Made by a program: the position numbers and the translations under genes. A stretch of DNA of 63,961 nucleotides, counting the filler, from Aduncisulcus paluster (Eukaryota), in the NCBI GenBank assembly GCA_024181965.1. It is 15 parts of 15 records of this genome, joined end to end, with 100 filler letters (N's around TTAATTAATTAA, not from the genome) between each part and the next. Parts side by side here need not be neighbours in the genome. Positions count along the whole stretch, not along the records: positions 24,084 to 26,144 come from BQXS01011835.1; positions 26,245 to 28,001 come from BQXS01011836.1; positions 28,102 to 35,609 come from BQXS01011837.1; 12 more parts are not named here. One strand, given 5' to 3'. This document shows positions 24,346 to 35,709 of this stretch, piece by piece. The notes under the pieces were generated by a model. The model was not told where the DNA came from. It did not search any database and worked only from the letters and a program-made list of their open reading frames with translations. How positions within the stretch are numbered: the stretch's first letter is position 1; each line of letters opens with the position of its first letter.

Positions 24346-25464
24346 ATGGGTTGCGTTGAAAGTGTTCCTCAGTCTTTTCATGTAGGAGACAAAGATTCTG
24401 TTATTCAAACTGTGGAACCTGAGTTTGTTCATGAAGGAAATGCCAATTGCTGTCCAATTCCTCTAGATGCCCCCAACATTAAGGGTGCAGAGTTTCCTAC
24501 TATCAAAGCAATTAATGGAACTGAGAAAGAAGGTAAATATGGGTACGATCAGAGTTCTAAAGCACAAGGGATGATGAAAGGAGACTGTAATTATGGACAA
24601 TATACCCATATCTCTATTCCTTTCTCTTCATCTTCCCCAATGAAAGGGGCTTACATCTGTCTTGATGGTGATTCTTCACCTCCATCGCACCTTATCTTCA
24701 CTCTCAAATCTTCAAAGGGTGAGAAAACATCCAAGAAATACGAATTTCCTGAATTTCTTGGTTTTCATTGGTATTTCCTTCCTGTTGATCTCCCTGATGT
24801 TGTTATGTGTGATATTACAGGGAAAGGAAGAAAGGAAGAGAATTTTAATATCCGATCCCTTGTTTTCATTAGAAAAGAAACTCCTGAAGAAATCAAATCT
24901 CGTGAAGCTAAAGAGAAACTATGGTCTGAAGCTCAAGTTGTGAAAGCAGAGTTTGTTAAGGAAGAAGATAAAGATTCTATTCCCATTCTACCAGATGATC
25001 CACATCGTGTAGATCCTTCATTCTCAATGGTTAAGTGCAAGAATGATTCAGTGAGTAAGGAATCTAAGGAGTATGATCAGAGTTCAGAAGCACAAAGAAT
25101 GTTAAAAAGGGAAGGTAGTATTTACTTATACTTATCCCATCTTTCCATCCCTTTCCCATCACCTAGTCCAATGAAAGGTGCCTATATCTGTGTGAATGAT
25201 TATAGTTCTCCCTCTCTTCTCTTCACTTTCACTGATTGTGATGGTAAGAAGACATCCAAGAAGTATGAATTCACTGAACCTCAAGATGATTGTGAATGCT
25301 ACTTCCTTCCTATTGATTTGGATAATGTTGTATTGTGTGAGATTGAAGGGAAAGGAAAGTGGTGTAGTAAGAATAGTCGATGTTCCGAAATCGACTGCCT
25401 TATATTTACTATGCCCGAGGAAACCATTGCAGCTGAACGAGTATCTCTTCTTCCATGGAAATAA
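24346..25464 (+). CDS. Two-repeat beta-rich protein with an N-terminal MGC acylation-like motif, lineage-expanded family
   Basis: Internal ~190-aa duplication (YDQSS.AQ.M.K..H.SIPF.S.SPMKGAYIC..SP..L.FT....G.KTSKKYEF..FLP.DL..VV.C.I.GKG). The protein starts MGCVES. Confidence 0.85.
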   Translation: MGCVESVPQSFHVGDKDSVIQTVEPEFVHEGNANCCPIPLDAPNIKGAEFPTIKAINGTEKEGKYGYDQSSKAQGMMKGDCNYGQYTHISIPFSSSSPMKGAYICLDGDSSPPSHLIFTLKSSKGEKTSKKYEFPEFLGFHWYFLPVDLPDVVMCDITGKGRKEENFNIRSLVFIRKETPEEIKSREAKEKLWSEAQVVKAEFVKEEDKDSIPILPDDPHRVDPSFSMVKCKNDSVSKESKEYDQSSEAQRMLKREGSIYLYLSHLSIPFPSPSPMKGAYICVNDYSSPSLLFTFTDCDGKKTSKKYEFTEPQDDCECYFLPIDLDNVVLCEIEGKGKWCSKNSRCSEIDCLIFTMPEETIAAERVSLLPWK

Positions 25465-25843
25465 TTCAAGAAATGGTATGAAATGCTAATATTGTGTGAA
25501 GAATAAAAAAATATCTACCTGTTTGACCGTTTTACTATAGAAACAATTGTCAGTAGCAGAGTCTCAGTTTAAACAGTTTAAAAGACGAGAATTGAGTGGA
25601 GATGGCCCAGAAGTTATTCATTATATCCGTGTTAAAGCAGAAGAAGGGAAATATAAGAGAAGTGTGAAAGAATGGGAGAGGAAACTTCAAATTGCCAAAT
25701 TGTGTTGGATCGGATGATTCAACTTAAATCAAGTAAATTTGCTAGCCCAAAGGATTTGCTACCCTTTGAATTGATCAGATTAACAATAATTATTGTTAAA
25801 ATTAATATTTTAAATTTGATTTTAGAATTTTGTTAACTTTTAT

Positions 25844-26144
25844 ATGCCGGTATTCCATTCCCCGCCCAACAAGCAGCCTGGCGGGACTGCCCCAACTTTA
25901 ATTCAATATGGAACTAATTTGAACCCCTCTGAAGAGGAGGAGGAAAAAGTTCCTATGGAAGCAATGCTCCATAAACAACAAACTCAAATCGATGCACTTA
26001 CCGGTGCTGTACAGAAGCTTACTTCAATGTTACAATCCATGGTGCAGAAAGAAACCCCTGTCAGTCACTCTTTGGCTCAAAAACATGAGTTAATTACTCC
26101 TATTCAAACGCCAGACTTAACTCACCCATGCCCACCTCTACCCC
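25844..26144 (+). CDS. N-terminus of a hypothetical protein (short coiled coil + Pro-rich; possibly gag-like), truncated
   Basis: ATG after an AT-rich tract, then QQTQIDALTGAVQKLTSML. Open to the linker. Confidence 0.5.
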
Positions 26145-26244
26145 NNNNNNNNNNNNNNNNNNNNNNNNNNNNNNNNNNNNNNNNNNNNTTAATTAATTAA
26201 NNNNNNNNNNNNNNNNNNNNNNNNNNNNNNNNNNNNNNNNNNNN

Positions 26245-26954
26245 GATGTTGAAGGAAACGACCCAGGAGAACTAAATATATCAGCATTTTTAGTAACATA
26301 ACTCAAGTTCATGCCTTTTCTGAAGAAAGACACAGTTTGTACACTAGGGTGGGTTTTGCACCTCTCACTTTCACAATCTTGGATTATTTCTTGTTTTTTG
26401 GCCTTTTCGAGGAGTAATTCGTATTCATGTGATAGTTTTTTTGTCCATATATCAGCATACTGTTTATATAATCGCTCTATCTCTGCCGAATGACGGAATT
26501 TATAGTCATATTGTGGGATTTGGGAGATACTCAGGTTAGAAACAGGATTTGGACACATGGAGCGGGGTTTTTGGGGTAGAATTGGGAATTGTTGACCTTG
26601 GTTAGAACATTTAAGGCCTAGTCCACGATCAGTAGGTTCACAAGGGAGATCCACATCACAACCTCTTCGATGTATTTTACACCCATATTGACTAGCAATT
26701 GGTATGGTTTTGTCACCATTTTTCGGAAGAAAGTCAGGGATGTTTGAAGAATAGGAGGAAGTGGAAGCAAAGAGAGAGGTATGGAACAGATCTCTCGAGG
26801 AGGAGGTATGCTCTGGTTTGATAGATTTGGATGAGTCATAGCGGCTTGAAATGCTAGAATTGGGAACAGAATCGGCCGGTTTCTTATCAATTTGACAAAA
26901 GAAACTGGAATTAACGGGCTTCAAAGATTGACGAGATTTCGGTATTGAAGGCAT
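26245..26954 (-). CDS. Hypothetical Ser-rich protein, 3'-truncated
   Basis: About 236 codons, open to the linker. Confidence 0.6.
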
Positions 26955-27612
26955 CAATAATTTGGCCAGTTAATGTCTTAATATGGAAGAAAACAAATAT
27001 TAAATAAGTAAATATGAACAATGGGGAAGAAATATCACGAAAAAAGGAGAATAAAGAGATCTGCTTCAACCAAGATATTGAGAATTGGAAAGGCTGCAAT
27101 TACAATCATATTATAACGATGACACAAATATCGGCAAAAGAAATGAAATATTGAAATAGTAGAGCCTTTGGGGGAGAGTTTGTCTTCGTTCTAAGGGTGT
27201 CAAGGTTGGCTGACATTCTCCATAATTATTATATCGTTTAATTTCTTTGAATTCTATTCAAAATCATAAATTTACGTACATTTTATAAAGAATTGTGAGT
27301 CAAAACAGAGAAAATCGTAATTTATAGCTTCCCCAATTTTGAGGACACTCGGAAAAAAAGGGATCACTCAAAATTTAATATTCAAAAAAACCGAGAGAAA
27401 ATTAATTAAAATGCATAAATTTGAAAGAAAAAAAGGATAAAACATCAAAATTATTGTCAACGAAATGATTAATTTGTTCAAATTAATACAGGAAGAATTA
27501 AGCAACACCAGTTCCATCTAAACAATTTATCATATTGCTTATTAAATATATAATCTAATATTAACTCATTTTCAATTATATTATACTTATTAAGCTACGA
27601 AAACCAACTATT

Positions 27613-28001
27613 GTGGAATTGCCACGCACGACATCTTATTTGGACGACATTTCTGTCATTGTGGACTCAGAAGATGACTATAAAAAGCTTCTCAGTTTTG
27701 TTGAAGTGAATGCCACACAGTTTGGTCTTGAGCTTAATGCTGACAAGTCCAAATGTCTCCCACTTCACAAAACCCCCGGCGTTGAGCACATTGTTAAATT
27801 TATGGGAATCTCGCTGTCCAATTGTGATAAATTGATGCGCAGGGCAGCTAAAGAGGAACTGAATGATATCCATGCTAATGCCATCAAGGGCAAGAAAGGC
27901 TTTGACCTCCAGAACTTCCTTGAAGTAATGAGGACAGTCGTTCTTCCCAGATACTCTCATCAAGTCTTGTTCGCCCCTGTTAAGGAGAGCTTCCTTAAGA
28001 A
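27613..28001 (+). mobile_element. 5'-truncated non-LTR reverse transcriptase fragment
   Basis: SYLDDISVI (YxDD), FGLELNADKS and VKFMGISL correspond to RT domains 5-7. It begins abruptly after AT-rich DNA. Confidence 0.8.
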
Positions 28002-28103
28002 NNNNNNNNNNNNNNNNNNNNNNNNNNNNNNNNNNNNNNNNNNNNTTAATTAATTAANNNNNNNNNNNNNNNNNNNNNNNNNNNNNNNNNNNNNNNNNNN
28101 NCC

Positions 28104-30467
28104 AATCTTCAGAAAATTCTTTTTGGTGAAATATCTGGCTTTCTCTCCATAATTTTTTCCCTTGGTGAAACAAAGAATTTTTCAAATTTTAAGGTTTTGG
28201 ATATCCTTGAACTATGTCAAGAATATGCATTTTCAGAAGAGAATACGCCCTTCATTCGAAATTCCCTTTTATCCATTCTTCTCCCTCACATTTTACCTTG
28301 GATGAGGAAATACCCCACTATCGACGGTTATATGAAGTGGTTAAGCATTCTTCGATATGTTTCCTCCGACACAAATCCTGATGTCGCCTCTCCCTCCCGT
28401 TCCTCACAGCTTTGGTTCATGTTTCTCCCTGTTCTGAATAATCTCAAAGAGATTGGTCACAGAAAAAAGGAATTTGGTAAAGACGTTGTTAATTTTGTTC
28501 TCTCTCGAAGTTTAGCATTCTTTTCTAATCTTTGCAGTAATCCCACCCACATGGCTGAAATATTTAAGGAAACCAAGGGCTTCCTTGATTTCTGGTTTGA
28601 TATTGTTAAGGAATGTAAAGAAAAAATGAAAGGAAAAGATGAAGAAAATGATGGAATGAGATATTGGTGTAAGCTTGTTTCTACTTTCTCAACAATTCCG
28701 TCTCTTGTTCCTCAATTATCCCCAAAGTTTGACGGTGCAATGGCAGTGTGCAACGAAGATAGATGGATCATGGTCCATGAAGATTATACAAGGTACGTTG
28801 ATAATTGTTTCCGTCCGTTGTCTGATTTAATTAAAGCTATCAAGGAATGTGAAGATGATCACTTACTTTCAACTCTTTACTTCGAACATAAACAAGACCT
28901 TCTCAAAGTGTTTTTTACAAACATATCCAGGAGTCAGATAAAAGAACATCAAACGGAGATAATCTTGTGTTGCCAGTGCTTGTCAGAGCTATGTGAGCAA
29001 GGATTTCCTTATTTCTATGCCCTTCCAATCGACATTTACATTGATATCATTGACACATTCATTGATCATTTATCCAGGGTTGAGGAAGTTTTGGGCATCC
29101 CTGTTGAGCAAGAGTTTTGTACAATTTGTTTCCATTGTTCCCGTATTGGACTTGATGAACATATATTGGAACGATTCATCACAAAGATCTCTGGCACATT
29201 TAAACGGATACTTGCCAAAGGAATCCAGCTTAAATTTGACGAGTGGGAGCCGCCTGACCGTATCTTTGAAGTTCTTAATAACCTGTCAAAATCAACCCTC
29301 TCTTCAAGACTTTCAGTCTTAATGATTGTCAAACCATTCTTTAAGGATTGGTTTGAGATCTATCACGATACCCTAATACCATGGGATATGATGAAAATTT
29401 TTGGAAATTTTACATCAGAAGAATCACTTTCACCTTTAAACAGAAGAATTCATGATGAAATCTTACCAGTTTTTTATTATTTAGTTGATTACATTCAGAA
29501 GGTATTTCCTGAAAAAAAGAAAAAAATAATAATTAGAAAATATCCATTTGAAAAAATTTTTCTATTTTTCGCTAATTTGAGTCGTTTTCATCCCCATATT
29601 ATTTATAGTTGGTTCACTTCAGAGGATTATCGTCTTGAGATATGGGTAAAAGGCTTTGAAGGGGAGGAATCTTATTCATATGAAAACAATTCGAAATGTG
29701 TGAAGTCTTTTTTTAGAATCATTGCTAATCTATCAGAGAAAACAGACTTCCTTCCTCAACTCTCTCCAAAATATGATTGCTTTATGATGAGATGTTATGT
29801 TTATGGTACTTACTTATCTGGAGCCCCTAAACGGTTGTTTTATGAAAATCGCAAATATTTTACCAATGTCATGTCTTTCATCGTATCTTCTTCCTCTCAC
29901 TTCTCCAACCTTCTCCACTCTATTCCCATGATATCTATGATCCCTTCTCTTGAAACATCTTCATCCCCCGATTCTGACGGGTTTATGTATGCTTCTCACA
30001 TTTGTTCTGGAATGAAATTTGTTCGATCACAGAAACACTTTGCCCCACGAACTCATTATTATGATATTTCTAATGGAAAACCAATTGAAGCTAAATATGT
30101 CAAAAAAACTGGCACAATTTGTTGTTCATTATTGGTTGAGGATAAAGACGAAGCAGGGGATTCGAATGTTGTCAAACACTCTTCTATCATCCAATACACG
30201 CCTCAACATTTACTTGTAACTATGCCATTCTCAGACGAAAGATCTCTGAGACAATCAATGTATGATCAGATTGAACAAACAGGATGTGGCGTGGAGGCTT
30301 TGTTTGATGACAAAGGAAAATGCAGTCCATTCGAAGAGTTTGATCAGGATGCTTGGAGAGAGACGATGGAAGTTGTTGAGGAAGAGGAAGAATGGGGAAA
30401 AGAAGAAGAAGAAGAAGAAGAAGAAGAAGAAGAAGAAGAAGAAGAAGAAGAAGAAGAAGGGGAATGA
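28104..30467 (+). CDS. Helical-repeat hypothetical protein of an expanded family, with a poly-Glu tail (5'-partial)
   Basis: The frame is open from the contig start and has a repeated PQLSPK(F/Y)D motif. The C-terminal HSSIIQYTP..YDQIEQTGCGVEALF is shared with the paralog at 34595-35609. Confidence 0.8.
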   Translation, partial: NLQKILFGEISGFLSIIFSLGETKNFSNFKVLDILELCQEYAFSEENTPFIRNSLLSILLPHILPWMRKYPTIDGYMKWLSILRYVSSDTNPDVASPSRSSQLWFMFLPVLNNLKEIGHRKKEFGKDVVNFVLSRSLAFFSNLCSNPTHMAEIFKETKGFLDFWFDIVKECKEKMKGKDEENDGMRYWCKLVSTFSTIPSLVPQLSPKFDGAMAVCNEDRWIMVHEDYTRYVDNCFRPLSDLIKAIKECEDDHLLSTLYFEHKQDLLKVFFTNISRSQIKEHQTEIILCCQCLSELCEQGFPYFYALPIDIYIDIIDTFIDHLSRVEEVLGIPVEQEFCTICFHCSRIGLDEHILERFITKISGTFKRILAKGIQLKFDEWEPPDRIFEVLNNLSKSTLSSRLSVLMIVKPFFKDWFEIYHDTLIPWDMMKIFGNFTSEESLSPLNRRIHDEILPVFYYLVDYIQKVFPEKKKKIIIRKYPFEKIFLFFANLSRFHPHIIYSWFTSEDYRLEIWVKGFEGEESYSYENNSKCVKSFFRIIANLSEKTDFLPQLSPKYDCFMMRCYVYGTYLSGAPKRLFYENRKYFTNVMSFIVSSSSHFSNLLHSIPMISMIPSLETSSSPDSDGFMYASHICSGMKFVRSQKHFAPRTHYYDISNGKPIEAKYVKKTGTICCSLLVEDKDEAGDSNVVKHSSIIQYTPQHLLVTMPFSDERSLRQSMYDQIEQTGCGVEALFDDKGKCSPFEEFDQDAWRETMEVVEEEEEWGKEEEEEEEEEEEEEEEEEEEGE

Positions 30468-30975
30468 GAAGAAGGGGAATGAAGAGTAGATATGGTGCAA
30501 GAAGGTGCGAGGTAGATGAGATGTAAGGAAATAATATCTTGTTAATACTACATTATTCTTGAAGAATAAATATGATTAGCCCATAAATCCATTCTTTTGT
30601 ATCTTNNNNNNNNNNNNNNNNNNNNCAATGTATGATCAGATTGAACAAACAGGATGTGGCGTGGAGGCTTTGTTTGATGACAAAGGAAAATGCAGTCCAT
30701 TCGAAGAGTTTGATCAGGATGCTTGGAGAGAGACGATGGAAGTTGTTGAGGAAGAGGAAGAATGGGGAAAAGAAGAAGAAGAAGAAGAAGAAGAAGAAGA
30801 AGAAGAAGAAGAAGAAGAAGAAGAAGAAGGGGAATGAGAAGAAGGGGAATGAAGAGTAGATATGGTGCAAGAAGGTGCGAGGTAGATGAGATGTAAGGAA
30901 ATAATATCTTGTTAATACTACATTATTCTTGAAGAATAAATATGATTAGCCCATAAATCCATTCTTTTGTATCTT
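30256..30975. repeat. Gap-flanking duplication 30256-30605 / 30626-30975 containing a (GAA)n tract
   Basis: Identical 350-bp copies on either side of 20 N. Confidence 0.9.
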
Positions 30976-31695
30976 ACGAATCCGAAGGATTGGAAAAAGA
31001 GAATGACAGGGTTAAAATGGCAATCTTAATGACGTAACATATCAAATAAAAACATTTAATACCATTATATTGCTAAAGATGAGGAAATAAAATTGAGATA
31101 TGAGTCAATCGATTATTCCACTTTTTGATTGTTAACTCTGCACTTTCAATATTGTAGGGGATCAAGAGGAATTGACCAGTAAATTTCAATCTCCTTTCAC
31201 GATTTGAATTTCAATTTCAGACATGTTTCAGAAATTATCCAAAAAAAAAATTAGTCGTGGATTAATTCATGGATAATATAGTTCAATGGCAAGTAAAAAT
31301 ACAAAAAGGAAATAAATCTTATAAAATGACCGGATTAACTCAAATTGGTGGAAGCAAATTCACACTTAGGAAGTGATTTGTGTGACATGCATGAAATGCA
31401 CGCATTATCGTTGAATACATTTGTACAATAAAGAAATAGAAACACTTTAAATCTTTTTTTTTCTTCCTGATATCATCTCCTCCTTGCTTCTGAATAAACA
31501 GAAAATGAAAAGGTTCCATTTTTTCTGCATTGAAGATATTTCTATCCTTTATCGTATGTAAAAAATATATGTTTTAATCGTATAAATAATATTTTATGCA
31601 TAGCCGATTATATTATCTGATTTCTAACATTTTGTGATAACTGATCATGAAATAGAGCACTAACTAGCTGGCCTTAAAAGGACTATCACAGCAAA

Positions 31696-34467
31696 ATGTA
31701 TAAATTTGATTTAAAACCAATTCATGGTGACTATTTTGGTAGTCGAAGTACATCAAGATATTCTTTTGGTAAAATATTCCCTTCTCCATATCCTGAACAT
31801 TTTTCATTAGAAAATCCCGTTGTTTTGAGTCAAGAAAATATTTTGCAGTATTTCAAGGATAAACAAATGTTTTCTAATACTTGTGTTGCAACTCGTGAAA
31901 GAGTTTTGGGTGGTATGGAATCATTTGGTGTATCTTTCCAATGTGAGTCCAAATTCCATTTTATTGGGAATTATTACACGTCTGTTGAAGATAAAACGTG
32001 TTGTTGTACGGAGTCCCAACTCATTTATTCGTATTCAAAGGAGGATGGTTTTGTCAAAGTATCTGAAGATTGGCCCAAGATTTGTGGCGACATTATTGGG
32101 AAATTATGTGACACTAGGATCCTTATATCGCATTCAAGCGATGTTTTGGCTGTTCCACGGGATGAATTCATTGCTGCCAAATTTCCCCTTGCTGTGGATA
32201 AATCTAAGTTTTCAGACAGATCCGACTATTACAAACAACTAAATCACATTAATTCACTATCAGGCAAGGTTGCAGATGGATGGAAAGATTTTTCTATCGC
32301 CAAGGGTAATTGTTTCGATTCTGTTGCTCTTGCATCCTCCGATTCCTCCAGTCCTTTCGATCTCTTCGTTATTGGAAGTCAGTTGTTCTTCATTCAAGGT
32401 GGATCAAAACATTCAATCAAACTGAATCTTAGGGTTTCTGGCGAGGATTTGCCCTTGTCTGCCGAACGCTGTTCCTTGACGATCGTTCCTTGTTCTGAAC
32501 AAGATACAACTTCTCCTCTGAGAAAGTTGAGTGACTACACTGTTGTTTTGGGCACGGGAGCAAAGTTCTTTACCTTCTCTCTTCCTGAAAGTCTTGGTGA
32601 TGGATCTGACGGTGATGCTGTTGTTCTTACTGATGACGAGATTCCTCCTATTCCCATTGACTGTGCAGTCTTTATTTGCATTAAAGATGTGTCTGTGTTC
32701 CCTTGTCCAATTCCTGGATATATCATCGTTGATGGCAATGTTTCATCTCCGAGCCACGAATATTCTCACTGCCTTGAGAAAGTTGCGAGTGAGATAAAAA
32801 AAGATGTTCCAACGACGTTTATACCGCCGAGTTTGTCTGGAGAATCCGAATCCTCAGATCCAAAGTCTAAAAGTGCTTGTTCAAGAAAGGGTACAAGAAA
32901 GGGTGCAAGAAAGGGTTGTGCAAGAAAGGACTCAAAACAAGCCAGTGTTCTTCATTTCATTCGATTGAAGGATTTTATGGTTACTCCGATTCCAACTATC
33001 CTTCCAAACACTCTTTTCCAAACATGTTTTGCACTCGACATGTTGAAGAAAGATGATATCTCGTGTATATTTGCGAATGCCGAGACTCGAACCTCTTCTG
33101 TTCTTACGATTACTGATTCATGTGATTTGTTTGCTTCCTGTTCACTTCCACTATCCGCGTGTATTCCAGTGATCTCTCCAGAAGCATTGCCAAGTCAATG
33201 GAACCCAGAGTCAGTGGGGATTGAATGGGCTTTCAAACCCTACACACCAGTTGAGAAGACAAGGATCTTTAAAATGTCAGAGAAGTCTGCTTTCATGAAC
33301 ACTCCTTATCGGATGGCATTGAATCCTAAATACTACAATATTAAATATGGCATCGTTGAATGTGAAGAGGACAAAGAATCGTATGTTGCTGAATTTGGAA
33401 GTGAGAAGGGAGAAGAGAAGGAAGAGGAAAAGGAAGAGGAAAAGGAAAAGGAAGAAGAGAAGGAAGAGAAATCTTCACGTGTTCGTGTTGTTCGGCATGT
33501 CCCTGTTAACCTTCGATCCCCTGACTTTGTCGAGCTGACATGTTCTGAACTCAAAGATTTCTTGGGTGTTCCTATCATCAGCACATCATACGATGGGTCT
33601 CTTGAGGAATATTTCATTGGAGGTTACAACGACGATTCAAAGTTAAACTTTCTCTGGATAGCAAGCACTGGTGAAGGGATGAATGCTGGGTCTCGCTCAT
33701 CCAGTATCGATACAAACCATGATTGGTATGGTATTCCTTGGCCCACTGACGAAGCCATACTCATCCACTCTGAGAAGGGTTCATTTGAAAGCAAATCACG
33801 TGAATTAAGGTTTGAATGGACGGAGCCTGTGACTTTTGAGGAGATTATGATTGGCGACATTCCTTCACCATCGGAATTGGATACTGACGCTGATCGAAAC
33901 TCGCTGATTCTCACAGACCCGACCTATTTCCACACTCGATGTGGACCTATTGTGAGGGATGTAAAGCCTGGCAAATGGAAATGTAGTCACGATACCAGCA
34001 GAGTTACCAAAGCTTCACAGATTGTCCATGAAGATTACTTGGACGATCCTAGAATCGCATTTTCTCCCTATTTTGTGCCCAATTTTGACAAACTTCCTGC
34101 AGATTCCTCGGATACTTCCGTCTACCCAGGTGCTCGTAACAAGAAGGGACCCACAGAATGGGACCAATTAATGCGGGGAGTTGGTGCTGATAGTGGGCAA
34201 GACGGGTATTTTATTAAATCCATGTTCACGAAAAAATCAGATTATATTCGGATAGTTGGTCTGTCCGATTCCACGCTTGGCTCATATGTCATGAGGGGTG
34301 AAGGATATTCAATGGACTACCATGATGTTATTGGGTATGGACCTGGAACAGTGCCTGGTGGATGGTACACGTCAAGTGGGTGGGGAGATGGTTCATATCC
34401 GGCATTCGTTCTCAGAAATGAAGAAAAAGAAGCCATCGCAATCAGAATCCAATTCGTGCACAAGTAA
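31696..34467 (+). CDS. 923-aa protein with a C-terminal DUF4241-like domain
   Basis: ILTDPTY..DVKPGKW..GVGADSGQDGYF..YTSSGWGDGSYPAFVLRNEEKEAIAIRIQF resembles the DUF4241 pattern (VDAG..SGWGDG.Y). Confidence 0.75.
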   Translation: MYKFDLKPIHGDYFGSRSTSRYSFGKIFPSPYPEHFSLENPVVLSQENILQYFKDKQMFSNTCVATRERVLGGMESFGVSFQCESKFHFIGNYYTSVEDKTCCCTESQLIYSYSKEDGFVKVSEDWPKICGDIIGKLCDTRILISHSSDVLAVPRDEFIAAKFPLAVDKSKFSDRSDYYKQLNHINSLSGKVADGWKDFSIAKGNCFDSVALASSDSSSPFDLFVIGSQLFFIQGGSKHSIKLNLRVSGEDLPLSAERCSLTIVPCSEQDTTSPLRKLSDYTVVLGTGAKFFTFSLPESLGDGSDGDAVVLTDDEIPPIPIDCAVFICIKDVSVFPCPIPGYIIVDGNVSSPSHEYSHCLEKVASEIKKDVPTTFIPPSLSGESESSDPKSKSACSRKGTRKGARKGCARKDSKQASVLHFIRLKDFMVTPIPTILPNTLFQTCFALDMLKKDDISCIFANAETRTSSVLTITDSCDLFASCSLPLSACIPVISPEALPSQWNPESVGIEWAFKPYTPVEKTRIFKMSEKSAFMNTPYRMALNPKYYNIKYGIVECEEDKESYVAEFGSEKGEEKEEEKEEEKEKEEEKEEKSSRVRVVRHVPVNLRSPDFVELTCSELKDFLGVPIISTSYDGSLEEYFIGGYNDDSKLNFLWIASTGEGMNAGSRSSSIDTNHDWYGIPWPTDEAILIHSEKGSFESKSRELRFEWTEPVTFEEIMIGDIPSPSELDTDADRNSLILTDPTYFHTRCGPIVRDVKPGKWKCSHDTSRVTKASQIVHEDYLDDPRIAFSPYFVPNFDKLPADSSDTSVYPGARNKKGPTEWDQLMRGVGADSGQDGYFIKSMFTKKSDYIRIVGLSDSTLGSYVMRGEGYSMDYHDVIGYGPGTVPGGWYTSSGWGDGSYPAFVLRNEEKEAIAIRIQFVHK

Positions 34468-34594
34468 ATTAGAAGAGATGAAATTGATTCGTAAGAAGAA
34501 GAAGAAGAAGAAGAGGATAGTTAGTGATCACAATGACCAATGATGGTCTCTAATATCTGGTTGAGCATTTTTCTTGCCTTCATCCCACATTAAG

Positions 34595-35609
34595 TTAGAA
34601 ATATTGTTTTTGAATGGTAATGCGAGATATACTATAATCATATCTCTCAGAAACTATGGAATACCCCATATCACTATCCGGATGAAAATCGAAGTCCTCT
34701 CGAAGATGCCTTTCTTCTTCAAGTTCTTCATGAATTGTTCGATAGGAATAATGTGTTATTTTGTCCTCAAACAACAATTCAACTCCACATCCAGTTCTCT
34801 CAATAAAATCATAGAAATTCTGGATTAAAATCAAGGCTCCTTTGATTGGCATTGACACAACCAGCCGCTGAGGAGGTGTGTATTGTATGAGAGAAGAGTG
34901 TTGAATTCGGCACGAAGAGCTTGAGGATTCATCCCCATCTTCAGTATTCAATGAAGAACCACATATCGGACCTCGCTTGATGCATTTCCAATCCATATAT
35001 TTTCTTGAGATACCATTATGGAAGAACAGATATTCCTTTGAGTTCAAAGTGCAAACTATTTCCATTCCAAAACAATTTACAGTACACATATCAGAATCAC
35101 GACCATGGGACAATTCTATCGATGGAACCATGTTGATTATTGCAATTGAAGAAGAGCGAAAGAGCTTCAAGAAACAAGATGTTGAAATGTAATATGAAAC
35201 TTTTAATAGATACCGAAATAATATGAGGTTTCTACAATCCTTATCAGTCATTATATCCTCAACCATTCTACATCTTGCCATCCTATCATCATATATTGGT
35301 GATAATTTAGGAATAAATGAAGTGACACTGGCGAAAACTGAAATGAGTTGAGCCCAAACTCTCATCAGACTTTCATTGTTGGTTTTGCTAATAATATCAT
35401 ACCAAGGTTCAATTACATTGTCTTTCAGATACGAATACAGTTCAAGAGTATGTGGAATTGATGGATATTGGCACAAAGCGTGGAAAACTTCAAAGAATAG
35501 TTGCATCGTTCCATGATCTGGATTACGATAATCATCAATAACACTAATAACACCCCTTTCACCAATGACATCATCAATCAATATCTGAAAAAGGCGTCCA
35601 AATATTGGC
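34595..35609 (-). CDS. Paralog of the 28104-30467 family (5'-partial)
   Basis: IPKLSPIYD and HSSLIQYTPPQRLVVSMP..YDFIERTGCGVELLF. Confidence 0.78.
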
Positions 35610-35709
35610 NNNNNNNNNNNNNNNNNNNNNNNNNNNNNNNNNNNNNNNNNNNNTTAATTAATTAANNNNNNNNNNNNNNNNNNNNNNNNNNNNNNNNNNN
35701 NNNNNNNNN

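Noticed and set aside
30628..30837. Separate small genes next to 20-N gaps (also 48508-48858 and 50002-50586)
   Set aside because: They are products of the gap-flanking duplications.
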